Under the pieces are notes generated by a model. It did no database searches. It had not been told where the DNA came from and worked only from the letters and a program-made list of their open reading frames with translations. A program made the position numbers and the translations under genes. From Parcubacteria group bacterium GW2011_GWA2_43_11 (GTDB lineage Bacteria; Patescibacteriota; Minisyncoccia; Phycocordibacterales; UBA12088): DNA of 64,000 nt. The stretch spans positions 5,784 to 69,783 of the forward strand of contig LCFC01000002.1 of assembly GCA_000998805.1 (NCBI GenBank). The letters are read 5' to 3'. Every line of letters begins with the position of its first letter. Position 1 is the first letter of the stretch. Below are positions 45,942 to 54,656 of this stretch, in pieces.

Positions 45942-46943
45942 TTAGTCAGTCCTAAAGTTTCGTACTGATCCAAGTTCAAGTGTTTTGTTATCATCCTCAT
46001 CTTCATACTCGACACCAATTCGGTAATAGTAAACAGTATCACTATCAAGCCCCCGCAACTCACCTATATAGGTACCACTCTTGTCTAAGTCTGAATCAAC
46101 ACGGAATGTAGCAAGATCTTCTCCATCCTCGTCGATATCTCCAAACGTGTCCTCATCATCGACACCATCCACCATATCTTCGTCTTCACCATAAACGAAG
46201 AATACTGTTCCATTCGTAAAGTCATTCATGTCAACACTGCCTCGTATGTTCGCAGAGTCTTCGTCAATACTATTTGCAGTAAGAGTTTTAGCTTCAGGAG
46301 TATATTCTTCTGAATCACTGTCGTCATCATCATCATCATCTTCAGTTAAGAAACTGAGCATTGATCCGTATTCGCGATCGTTACCATTTTCTATCACAGC
46401 TCGAAAGTAATATCGTGTATCAGAATCTAGATTAGAGACTGTTTTAGAGAAATCCTCATCATCGTCTTCATCGATTGTTGTTTTACTGGTTCTCTCACTC
46501 AGGTTAGAAGGACGAGTTCCATACTCAAACCACACAAGAGCATCCTCCTCGTCATTAAGATCAACAGTTCCACGGAGTGTGACACTATCCTCATCTATTC
46601 CAGTTGCAGGACGAGTTGTGACATCAACATCTACTGTAGAGTTTCTTTTTCCTGTTTCTATCCAAGTAATCTTTTTACCATGTTTGTGTATAGACTTATA
46701 CATGTTGTCACGTGCAAAATTGATTGCTTCTTCAATACTCCCAAAAGAATGATTCCCCCACTTATAGAAAAAGTACGGGTTATGCATCCTCCCGTAGAGT
46801 GAATTCCCAGGGTAACCAGAGTAGCTGTATGCCTCTGAGTACGCATACGTTTGTGCTGCGTCGGCTTGTGGAGCTACACTGACTGCTGTAAGTAGTACTA
46901 CAACAGACAAAAATGTGGCCACCAATAATGATTTAGCATTCAT
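45942..46943 (-). CDS. Secreted acidic protein with internally repeated Fn3-like domains
   Basis: 333 aa with a signal peptide (...APQADAAQ). Two or three repeats of the pattern IRGSVD-ND...VFF/WFEYG...LDSDT-YYYR are separated by poly-D/E tracts. Confidence 0.6.
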   Translation of the reverse strand: MNAKSLLVATFLSVVVLLTAVSVAPQADAAQTYAYSEAYSYSGYPGNSLYGRMHNPYFFYKWGNHSFGSIEEAINFARDNMYKSIHKHGKKITWIETGKRNSTVDVDVTTRPATGIDEDSVTLRGTVDLNDEEDALVWFEYGTRPSNLSERTSKTTIDEDDDEDFSKTVSNLDSDTRYYFRAVIENGNDREYGSMLSFLTEDDDDDDDSDSEEYTPEAKTLTANSIDEDSANIRGSVDMNDFTNGTVFFVYGEDEDMVDGVDDEDTFGDIDEDGEDLATFRVDSDLDKSGTYIGELRGLDSDTVYYYRIGVEYEDEDDNKTLELGSVRNFRTD

Positions 46944-47364
46944 AATATATTTATTTTACGTCTAATAACAATTAGGAAGGTGATCCATGTGTGCTGTACT
47001 ACATACAAAGACGTATGTGAGTATGTACCATTACTTCCCTATACCTACTTCTTATGGTGTTATAGTATACCAATTTTCAGATTTGTATAGTCATAGACCA
47101 ATCTGGCTCGTAAAAAGTATATATTTTAAGCAATTTTTTAACTTGACCAGGAATTCTTTTAAAGTCTGTTCTATTCATTCAAAAAAGGATTGTAAAAAAC
47201 ACATACTTTGGAGAAACGCATGTTAAGGAAACCAACCAGGTAATGAGGCAAGGGGTTTCTTTGCCCATTAATAAAGATGTTTTTACATTCAAATTACCCG
47301 CCACGGTGTTAGTGGCGGGGGTTGCTATGTAAAACTTACTGTGGAAACAGGCAGTCCCAAAAAT

Positions 47365-47862
47365 TTACTGCAATAGCGAAGTTTGCGAGTATGAGTTCGT
47401 CGGTGTGCGATGATTGAACTCTACCAATAAACTTTTGATTTCTAAAAAATGTCTGATTGCTTCAGCTTTAGTTAAAACTGTCTGCAAGGGGTCACTTGGT
47501 CGGGCAATTCTGTCTAGAAATTGATGACCAGAGGCAAGTAACACATTTTGAAACTCTGGATGGAGATTAGCTGACCTGAAGGCACAACCAATCAATTCAC
47601 AGAATTCTTCTGAATCTCGACAGTATTCAACTCCTCTCCAATGAAGAACTTGGGTTTTTCTCCATGTTGAGCCGATGTCTCGAATTCGTTCAAGGTCATC
47701 TTCTTCACGAATTTTGCATACATATATTCGCGTTGCTTCTTCCTGAAATTTAACTGCCTGAAAAAAACTTATCAGACAACTACAGTACACCGTATCAAGT
47801 ACAAAGGGATATCGTTTTAGGAGCAAATCGTATGGTGAATCAAACATCCTGTTTTGACACAT
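47365..47862 (-). CDS. Hypothetical protein (ORFan island)
   Basis: 165-aa ORF with a strong SD (GGAGG 7 nt upstream of the ATG). No family is confidently recognised. Confidence 0.55.
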   Translation of the reverse strand: MCQNRMFDSPYDLLLKRYPFVLDTVYCSCLISFFQAVKFQEEATRIYVCKIREEDDLERIRDIGSTWRKTQVLHWRGVEYCRDSEEFCELIGCAFRSANLHPEFQNVLLASGHQFLDRIARPSDPLQTVLTKAEAIRHFLEIKSLLVEFNHRTPTNSYSQTSLLQ

Positions 47863-48269
47863 GGAAGCACCTCCCTAGCTTAATGTTTTGATTTGAAGGT
47901 TGAACTATTTTTTCTATATTGAGAATACTATAAATCAATAGTGATGCAAAGATGGTTAGTCACCTAAAGGTATGCATAAGAGAAATCACCGACTGCAGGC
48001 AGCCGGTGATTCACAACGAGGAAGGAGAGCGCAAGCATGCGCAAAAACATGAATAAAGATCACAGTCCCAAAGATCATCGATAACCGAGGGAACAGACCT
48101 GATTACAAGTATATACAAAACTTTCACTGTGTCAAAAAGTTTTCAACAGGAAGAATAAAGTACATATTATATAATTTTATTGACATTCCTGCAAAAGAAG
48201 GTACAGTACTTTTCAGAAACTGTTAGAAATTGTTCTCAAAAATACTCAAAAATACAACGGAGGTCTGCT

Positions 48270-48713
48270 ATGACAAAAAGAAAGAAAATATCTTTAATTC
48301 TTATCCTTAAGGGTGAATTTACAGATAAATTTGAAAACATTGAGGGATTTGCCAAAGATTTGTACGACTCATTATTACTTACTCTTCAACCTGAAGAGAA
48401 GGAGGCAGTAGAAAATCTTACGGATTTCACGACAAGGTATATTTCGGCCGCAAAAAAATATGTTGCCGAGGAATATACACTTCGATTGAAGAACTTTACT
48501 CACAAAGAATTAGACGCACAGATTGCATACTACGCATCAGGTGCTGATAAGAAAGAGCATTTGATTGCAGAACAACTGCTCAGAATTAATGAGGGTTTTC
48601 GCTTCGAAATATACTCACCGTTCTTCGATACGTCAGCGTTCGCCAGAAGCTGCGGTGGCAGTTGTCAAGGAGATGCTGGTGGTTGCAAATGTAGTGAACA
48701 CAAAAATGAATAG
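48270..48713 (+). CDS. Hypothetical protein with a Cys-rich C-terminus (ORFan island)
   Basis: The ATG at 48270 is preceded by GGAGG (6-nt spacing). 147 aa, with the tail CGGSCQGDAGGCKCSEHKNE. It has its own terminator. Confidence 0.6.
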   Translation: MTKRKKISLILILKGEFTDKFENIEGFAKDLYDSLLLTLQPEEKEAVENLTDFTTRYISAAKKYVAEEYTLRLKNFTHKELDAQIAYYASGADKKEHLIAEQLLRINEGFRFEIYSPFFDTSAFARSCGGSCQGDAGGCKCSEHKNE

Positions 48714-48721
48714 TGGATATT

Positions 48722-48763
48722 ACAGGGCGTCGTGTTTATTTAATTGACGCCCTGTTTTGTTTG
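48722..48763 (+). terminator. Rho-independent terminator
   Basis: ACAGGGCGTC - 14-nt loop - GACGCCCTGT followed by TTTGTTTG. Confidence 0.7.
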
Positions 48764-48870
48764 TCACAACATCACTGTAATCTCAATTTCGTAACTCATT
48801 GACGAAAAAGATATATCAATGTATCTTGTGCCATAGAATAAATCACAACATTCCATTGAGGAGGTGCTTT

Positions 48871-49074
48871 ATGACAAACTTTGATTTGTTGTATCAACCC
48901 TTTAAACAACAGGGAGGGAGGTGTTTTGTATGCGCTCAACCCTTTCGTTTCAAGATCTCAGGATTCCACAACTTAACCAATGCGTGTCACTGCCCCAGCT
49001 GTCAGGAAGAAGAACTTGAGGAAATGGTATTGCTTCTTAATACCGAAGTTGAAGAGGGTGCGTTTCTGCACTAA
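48871..49074 (+). CDS. Small zinc-ribbon-like hypothetical protein (ORFan island)
   Basis: The ATG at 48871 is preceded by GAGGAGG (6-nt spacing). 67 aa, with CFVC...CHCPSC. Confidence 0.55.
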   Translation: MTNFDLLYQPFKQQGGRCFVCAQPFRFKISGFHNLTNACHCPSCQEEELEEMVLLLNTEVEEGAFLH

Positions 49075-49094
49075 CCTCAATGATCTTTCACACG

Positions 49095-49136
49095 ACCGCA
49101 AGCAACTATTCAGTTGCTTGCGGTTGTCGTTTTTTG
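49095..49136 (+). terminator. Rho-independent terminator
   Basis: ACCGCAAGCAACT-ATTC-AGTTGCTTGCGGT followed by TGTCGTTTTTTG. Confidence 0.8.
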
Positions 49137-49248
49137 AGGATAAGTGTACATCTGTAATAACCATGATAATTTTGAAATTAGAAATATATGTGGTATTCTT
49201 GCGTCAGAAATCGATCCATTCTATGTTACCTCAACAAAGGAGATGATC

Positions 49249-49755
49249 ATGAACGACACAACAGAAAGATGTCCCGTTCACCCAAAATATAATCCCTTCG
49301 ATAGAAAAAACAGAGAGCAGTTTAACCACACCTGCAACACATGCGTTTGCTTGTTTTACGCAACCGAGTGTGTTGGGAAATTCTCAGGTGAACATGAGGA
49401 AAATGGTGAGGGAGCCCAAAATGCTCAATATCGCATAGGTCCTTTATCACTCGAACAACTCGGTTGTATACGTTACTCACTCGGTTTTTCCTATTACCAC
49501 GAAGTAATGGAGGGTACTTATCGCACCGACCTCGTCAACAGAATAATTTATGTTGACAGTGATATGTGTTCAAACATACTTAATAAGTGTAGAGAACTTG
49601 GGTGTGTCGTATATAAAAGAGAATGGCCAAATCCCCCTCGAATAGCACTGCGTCATGTTTTGCATGCAGCCAGAGAAGGGTTTTTAGAATTTTGGTCTAC
49701 CCTTCTAAACCCACCCAAACAACCTTTCGTTGAGACCATAGTACGTGGTGAGTAG
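49249..49755 (+). CDS. Hypothetical protein with a Cys-rich N-terminus (ORFan island)
   Basis: The ATG at 49249 lies 6 nt after AAGGAG. 168 aa, with the N-terminus CPVHPKYNPFDRKNREQFNHTCNTCVC. Confidence 0.6.
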   Translation: MNDTTERCPVHPKYNPFDRKNREQFNHTCNTCVCLFYATECVGKFSGEHEENGEGAQNAQYRIGPLSLEQLGCIRYSLGFSYYHEVMEGTYRTDLVNRIIYVDSDMCSNILNKCRELGCVVYKREWPNPPRIALRHVLHAAREGFLEFWSTLLNPPKQPFVETIVRGE

Positions 49756-49788
49756 TACATTTCTCACACACCATCATCTCTCAAGACA

Positions 49789-49824
49789 ACACCCCCGCAC
49801 TGTGGGGTGTTTGTGTTTTTATTT
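49789..49824 (+). terminator. Rho-independent terminator
   Basis: ACACCCC - loop - GGGGTGT followed by TTGTGTTTTTATTT. Confidence 0.7.
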
Positions 49825-49916
49825 AAATCATAAACTTGTAACATCTCCTACACACGTATGGTATAAATGAATTAGAAACTATACTTTAAAACTTTTATTC
49901 GCAAGGAGTTACCGTT

Positions 49917-50249
49917 ATGGAATATGAATTTAGCCCTTTGGCTCCAGGGATTCCTCTTTCTGAAAAGCCTTGTAAAAAAGCACCAGCAAAAGTATGCACA
50001 ATTTGGGATCAAGAGGAGGAAACCTTCTCTGTACACAATGGATGTATATTAGCATTCACGAATCTAGAAAATGCAAATAAGTATCTGCCAATCGCTCTAG
50101 CATACTCACCAGAAATGTGTAAGGTTATCGAGTATGCATGGGCTGATCTTACTGAAGTGATTCAAAACCCTGAATTCACCACAGTCCTTCTCGACTTTGA
50201 TCCAAAAAATAATGAGACTGGTCCGTATGAAGTCTACTTCATTAGATGA
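49917..50249 (+). CDS. Hypothetical protein (ORFan island)
   Basis: 110-aa ORF with AAGGAG 8 nt upstream of the ATG and its own terminator. Confidence 0.6.
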   Translation: MEYEFSPLAPGIPLSEKPCKKAPAKVCTIWDQEEETFSVHNGCILAFTNLENANKYLPIALAYSPEMCKVIEYAWADLTEVIQNPEFTTVLLDFDPKNNETGPYEVYFIR

Positions 50250-50262
50250 TATTTCTCCTTAA

Positions 50263-50296
50263 CCCCCGCAAATCACCTGCGGGGGCGGTTTTTTAT
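50263..50296 (+). terminator. Rho-independent terminator
   Basis: CCCCCGCA-AATCACC-TGCGGGGG followed by CGGTTTTTTAT. Confidence 0.8.
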
Positions 50297-50343
50297 ACTT
50301 ACTATCTAGATAAGCACCAGTACGACTACCACCGAATCTTTCC

Positions 50344-51906
50344 TTAAAATGAATCTCTGCGTATTTCTTTTGCAAATGAAACAAATCCGTCAAAGGAACC
50401 CAGGAGTATTTTAAATGGCGTCTCAAGTACAAAGTCCATAAAGAATACAAAAACATTTATTGATGAGAGTTTCAAAGAGATCCATTTACCAGTTTGCAAA
50501 ATCGGCATGGTAACTAAGTACCAAAATAAACCGGTGGTTGAATCATCTTCTTTACTATACGTCCACTCTCTGGATTTAAAACGTATACGAAAACCAAAAT
50601 AACTTACTATCACCAAAAAGAACAAGAACAAAAGAATACTGGTAATATTAAAGTGTAAATACTGTAGAGCCGTAACAATGATCCCAAAAGAAAATAGACT
50701 TAAAACGACATAAAACAGTATAAATGAAAACTTTTGTGCCCCACTCTTAGAAGTGACGGGTATAAGAACACGTTTTAATTGAGTGGTGTGTAAAAATTTG
50801 TTCATACCTTGGACAAGGTGATCTGTATTTTCACTATCAGGATAGGTAATGATTTTTACCATAAAGAAAAGGAGGATCGGAAAAAACAGTATATTAATAG
50901 TAAGTGGTATGAAGTGGACTTCATTGAGTACAAATATTTCAAACGGTAATTCTATAGCCAGTCCAATACACACTTTCGTAATGAGTACGTATACAATCGC
51001 CTGCAGAGCACTCCTCTGTATTATCGCTTTGTGAGATTGATACACACCCTGGAGTTTTGATCGTATCTTTTCTTCGAACAATGAGTCATTTTTAACTATT
51101 TGAGCCGTATCCATACCATATTGTCGAACAATATCTTGCAACAGTGACGCGTATATGGACTCATTATGTAGCCTACTTTCAATTTTTATATGTATATCAG
51201 AATCTAGTTGCGCATCTATATGTTGCATTTGCCGAGAATAGTTTGATGCTATTCTTTCTGTGTTTTCATCACTATACTCCGCTACAAACCAGTTTGGTTC
51301 CATAGATTTCCAAAGTTCAAAACGAATTTCTTCAGCATTATCGTGTAAAAACATTCGCCGACAAGCTATAAAAACTTGTGTTTCGAACTCTTCATCAGTC
51401 ACAATACCTTCTTCTCGTGGAGCCATATATGAAAGAACCGTTTTATATAACGCAGTAAAGATTTCATTCTTCTGAAATGTTGGAAAAAGAAACTGTTCTA
51501 TCTCCGTAGCTGCATGTGTCCAAAGTGAATGCGAATCAGAGTGTGATAACTTCTGACCAAGAAATCTGTATCTGTTTATTATTGATTGAATGTCGACTGT
51601 TACTGATTCTGGTAGTGTGTTGTTTTGTATATAATCTCCTTGCACCAGTTCCGTCAGAAGTGCCCGAGGAACATTGTTACTTGTTTCAAAAACATCAACT
51701 CGACGGAGTATTCTCTCAATAGCATTTCTTCGTACAGAGTTCTCATCCTGATAATCAAGAGTATACCGAAGTCGTTCGTAGAGAGAACCAGCTCGCTTGG
51801 TAATGGTATTCGTGACAAAAAAAGGTCCCTCTGAATCATGCAACCGTTTGTTTGGAGTGTTGTTGCGGAGGTTGAGTAAAAATTCTTCAAAGTTTTTGGA
51901 AAGCAT
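50344..51906 (-). CDS. Large membrane protein of unknown function (about 300-aa soluble N-terminal domain plus multi-TM C-terminal half)
   Basis: 520-aa ORF with no SD. The hydrophobic helices begin at about residue 300. No family is confidently recognised. Confidence 0.65.
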   Translation of the reverse strand: MLSKNFEEFLLNLRNNTPNKRLHDSEGPFFVTNTITKRAGSLYERLRYTLDYQDENSVRRNAIERILRRVDVFETSNNVPRALLTELVQGDYIQNNTLPESVTVDIQSIINRYRFLGQKLSHSDSHSLWTHAATEIEQFLFPTFQKNEIFTALYKTVLSYMAPREEGIVTDEEFETQVFIACRRMFLHDNAEEIRFELWKSMEPNWFVAEYSDENTERIASNYSRQMQHIDAQLDSDIHIKIESRLHNESIYASLLQDIVRQYGMDTAQIVKNDSLFEEKIRSKLQGVYQSHKAIIQRSALQAIVYVLITKVCIGLAIELPFEIFVLNEVHFIPLTINILFFPILLFFMVKIITYPDSENTDHLVQGMNKFLHTTQLKRVLIPVTSKSGAQKFSFILFYVVLSLFSFGIIVTALQYLHFNITSILLFLFFLVIVSYFGFRIRFKSREWTYSKEDDSTTGLFWYLVTMPILQTGKWISLKLSSINVFVFFMDFVLETPFKILLGSFDGFVSFAKEIRRDSF

Positions 51907-52048
51907 ATATATTTAAAACAAAAAAGTCATACCTTTATGATAGACATAAAGTGTATAACATTTGCATCAAAAAAACTAAATCTTCTCCCTTACCTCAGAA
52001 AAGCGCCAGCAGAGGCGGTTTTGTAGCTAACATACCGAAAGAAAGATT

Positions 52049-52080
52049 AAGACCTTGCACAACTGCAAGGTCTTTTTGTG
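52049..52080. terminator. Bidirectional hairpin terminator
   Basis: AAGACCTTGCA-CAAC-TGCAAGGTCTT with TTTGTG on the plus side and a T-rich run on the minus side. It lies downstream of the 52405-52103 gene. Confidence 0.6.
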
Positions 52081-52102
52081 AAAGTACTGTGACTGCAAAA
52101 TT

Positions 52103-52405
52103 TCAGTCAGATATCTCAGTATCAAAAGTTTTTGCATTCACCAAATATCCTTCCTTGTCGAGAATACGTTCAAATGTATCTTTCACTTCAGGAGGGATGA
52201 TATTACGAAACCTTCCGTGTACAACCTCGGTCACATTGAGGTTTGGGCCATAGCCCTTACTGGCTGAATGTTCTGATTTGCATGTCGTGATAACACAGAA
52301 CTTCATTCCAACAAACGGCACCCCGCCCTGACACTCATTGAAAAATGAGAGTGGCAATTCAACATATTCTTTTCCATTCACGATTAAAAGAACGATTTCA
52401 GGCAT
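52103..52405 (-). CDS. Hypothetical protein (ORFan island)
   Basis: The ATG at 52405 (MPEIVLLIVNGKEY...) lies 5 nt after AAGGAGG. 100 aa. The longer ORF-track version has no RBS. Confidence 0.6.
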   Translation of the reverse strand: MPEIVLLIVNGKEYVELPLSFFNECQGGVPFVGMKFCVITTCKSEHSASKGYGPNLNVTEVVHGRFRNIIPPEVKDTFERILDKEGYLVNAKTFDTEISD

Positions 52406-52431
52406 TACTACCTCCTTACAGAACCTATATA

Positions 52432-52671
52432 TTATTGAGGCGTATAGCCACAAGACTTGCATACCATACTTTTTTCCGTAACAGACACCACCTTCATCTC
52501 TTTTTTGCCACACTTCTCACACACAGCATTTCTTTCGATAATAGCTACCACTTGGGACAAATACCCTTCCGGGTTTTTGTAATGCTTGTGCGCAAATTTT
52601 GGATCAAATAACTCAGAAAATTTTTCATCTTCTTCCCAGTTACCAATACTCACAAGGCACCTCCTTTTCAT
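52432..52671 (-). CDS. Small zinc-ribbon hypothetical protein (ORFan island)
   Basis: CEKCGKK...CKSCG. Candidate starts are the ATG at 52671 and, better supported, the GTG at 52653, which lies 6 nt after AAGGAGG. Confidence 0.55.
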   Translation of the reverse strand: MKRRCLVSIGNWEEDEKFSELFDPKFAHKHYKNPEGYLSQVVAIIERNAVCEKCGKKEMKVVSVTEKSMVCKSCGYTPQ

Positions 52672-53038
52672 TGTTGTTTCAACCCTCAGTAAAATACACG
52701 AGGGCTGTAATTTTGGATTCTTATCCCACGATACCACAGTTAGAAATATTGAAAACTGTAGAGTACGTAAATGGGGATCTCCATTAACATAGTACAAAAG
52801 TTCCTTGAAATTAAAAAACTCTATTACAAAAGGAAAACCAACTGTACACAGTCGTGTTCAATATCTCAACAAAACTAATGATGTATCACGGTAATGTGCA
52901 AACACATGTGGCGGATTTAGAAATGGATATGTGTCTCTCATAAACCAAGGGCTTTTTTATTCCACAAAAATGTAGATATGTTTAAATAACCCTCTGTCTA
53001 ACAAAGACGTCTGTAAAAAGACAATATGTGTTTAGTAC

Positions 53039-53434
53039 TTATTTTTCCGGTTCCATTATGCTGAACACATTTCCTTCAGAATCAAGGCATGAAGCAAAAT
53101 GTCCCACTTTAGCCATGTGCATTTTTGGCATCAAAATTTCACCTCCATGAGCTTCAACTTTTTTCAAAATATCATCAAGTGAGGCAACCTCCACTGTACA
53201 CACAAATCCGTTGACACTTTTGGTACGCTCTTTTGTATCGGTACCCATCTCTTTCCGTAAGCCACCGTTTATTGCTCCTGGGGTTTTGGGGGGTACGGTC
53301 ATAACCATCCAATATTCCATATCCATATCTGGATCTTCCCATTTCTCAAACCTCCAATCAAAAACTTTTGTGTAGAAATCCATAGCTCGTTTAAGATCTA
53401 TGGCAACAATTTCAAAATGAGTAACTTTGTTCAT
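53039..53434 (-). CDS. VOC (glyoxalase/bleomycin-resistance fold) family protein
   Basis: 131 aa with an N-terminal VTHFEIVAIDLKRAMDFYTKVFDW and a C-terminal GHFASCLDSEGNVFSIME. Confidence 0.8.
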   Translation of the reverse strand: MNKVTHFEIVAIDLKRAMDFYTKVFDWRFEKWEDPDMDMEYWMVMTVPPKTPGAINGGLRKEMGTDTKERTKSVNGFVCTVEVASLDDILKKVEAHGGEILMPKMHMAKVGHFASCLDSEGNVFSIMEPEK

Positions 53435-53745
53435 AGTGATTGTATTAGACTTATAAATTATTCCAGTGTATTTTATTTGATCGCCTACAGACAGAATTAT
53501 TTATATTGTAAAACAAAAAGAATGAAAGTTGAGTGAGGGTTTGAATCTAAGTATCCCAATCAATATAGAACAGCACCAAGCGACACTTGATGCTGTACGT
53601 TTTTTATATACATGGATTTCTCGTCAAACGTAAACAAAGGATACAAAATAACCGATTGCAAGCAATCGGTGTTTTGTTACGAGTCTGATTACAAAATATA
53701 AAAGACCTTTATTTTTCAGAATATTCATAGTACAATCGCTTGCAA

Positions 53746-53955
53746 TGGCCCTATCGTCTTCCGCCAGCGGGCGGATCCTCCTGCGGGAGGAAACGGTTAG
53801 GACATCGCCTTCGAGAAGTGAACGGAATGAGATCCATTCCACAAAACCTTTGATGTAATTTAGATCCGCCAGATGGCGGACAAAAAGTATCCAAAAAGTG
53901 TACTGCACCTGTAAGGCGGACGGAGTTTGAAAGAATCGAACGAAATGGTATTATC
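53746..53955 (+). pseudogene. Decayed tandem copy of tRNA-Glu, interrupted by hairpin insertions
   Basis: Positions 1-13 and 14-34 are identical to the downstream tRNA, but they are separated by a 32-nt double-hairpin insert (53759-53790). A 100-nt insert (53812-53911) sits in the anticodon loop. The T arm is disrupted, and the 3' acceptor strand has mutated (TATTATC vs TAGGGTC) so it cannot pair. Confidence 0.7.
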
Positions 53956-53967
53956 ACAGTTGAATAT

Positions 53968-54039
53968 TGGCCCTATCGTCTAACGGTTAGGACATCGCCT
54001 TCTCAAGGCGGTAATCAGAGTTCGATTCTCTGTAGGGTC
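53968..54039 (+). tRNA. tRNA-Glu (anticodon CTC)
   Basis: Manual cloverleaf: acceptor GGCCCTA/TAGGGTC, D stem GTCT/GGAC, anticodon stem TCGCC/GGCGG with loop TTCTCAA, T arm CAGAG-TTCGATT-CTCTG, discriminator A. CCA is not encoded. Confidence 0.9.
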
Positions 54040-54046
54040 ACAAAGG

Positions 54047-54088
54047 TTAGAACAAAACACACTGCGAGCAAGCAGTGTGTTTTGTTCT
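54047..54088. other. Perfect 18-bp hairpin immediately downstream of the tRNA
   Basis: TAGAACAAAACACACTGC-GAGCAA-GCAGTGTGTTTTGTTCTA. It has the same ACAAAA...TTTTGT design as the hairpin at 53643-53677 and the R-family cores. Confidence 0.6.
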
Positions 54089-54351
54089 AGAAAACAAACT
54101 GCTTTGCTTTCGTACCTTTTGTGAGGTCGGAGCATATTTTCTGCTCTTTCCTAGAGCAGAAAATAGCCGAGGCGAGGTGTCGAAGAGCACTTAGTATTTT
54201 AGAAACGAAGTGTCCTAAAATACTTAGGAAAATTATACCAACCACAATTGAGTTAAACCCAATATATCTAATACAAACTTGATTCTTTTTTAAGATTTCA
54301 AATCAAATAACGGATTTCCACTTCATGATTGTTTTTTTCAGATTTTGTACT

Positions 54352-54654
54352 CTAAAAGCCATCTTGAAAACCAATAGGCAAAGAAATAGCAGGAATGTTT
54401 ACAGGTGGTTTAGGAAGTGGACTAGAAGGCGGTATGGGTTTAGGAATTTTAGGAATCGGATTAATGGTAAAGGGATTTCTTAATATATACCAATAGTCAG
54501 CTAATTGGATTAGTTTACCCCTAAAATTACCCCCAATATCCCAAACAATATCACCTTCAACCCAACCTAAATAAAGATTATCACGTGAAAAAACATAATC
54601 GTTTCTGACGAATCCAAGATATTGACCTGTTGACTTAAAAATATATTTTTCCAT
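54352..54654 (-). CDS. Small repeat protein (4-fold beta-flower-like N-terminus, Pro-rich tail)
   Basis: 100 aa with a periodic pattern YIFKSTGQYLGFVRNDYVFSRDNLYLGWVEGDIVWDIGGNFRGKL, then PIPKIPKPIPPSSPLPKPP. Its start lies 2 nt after the protease stop. The family name is from memory. Confidence 0.5.
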   Translation of the reverse strand: MEKYIFKSTGQYLGFVRNDYVFSRDNLYLGWVEGDIVWDIGGNFRGKLIQLADYWYILRNPFTINPIPKIPKPIPPSSPLPKPPVNIPAISLPIGFQDGF

Positions 54655-54656
54655 AA

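Noticed and set aside
48036-48083. 15-codon micro-ORF (MRKNMNKDHSPKDHR) with an AAGGAG upstream, lying after a 12-bp hairpin
   Set aside because: It is too short to support from sequence alone. The SD spacing (9 nt) is suboptimal and conservation cannot be assessed.
53746-53955. Functional multi-intron tRNA (archaeal-style introns in the D, anticodon and T loops, or a group I intron)
   Set aside because: The 3' acceptor strand (TATTATC) cannot pair with GGCCCTA and the T stem is not restorable. The inserts are far too short for a group I intron, and I could not draw bulge-helix-bulge motifs. An intact copy lies 12 nt downstream. A pseudogene is the conservative call.
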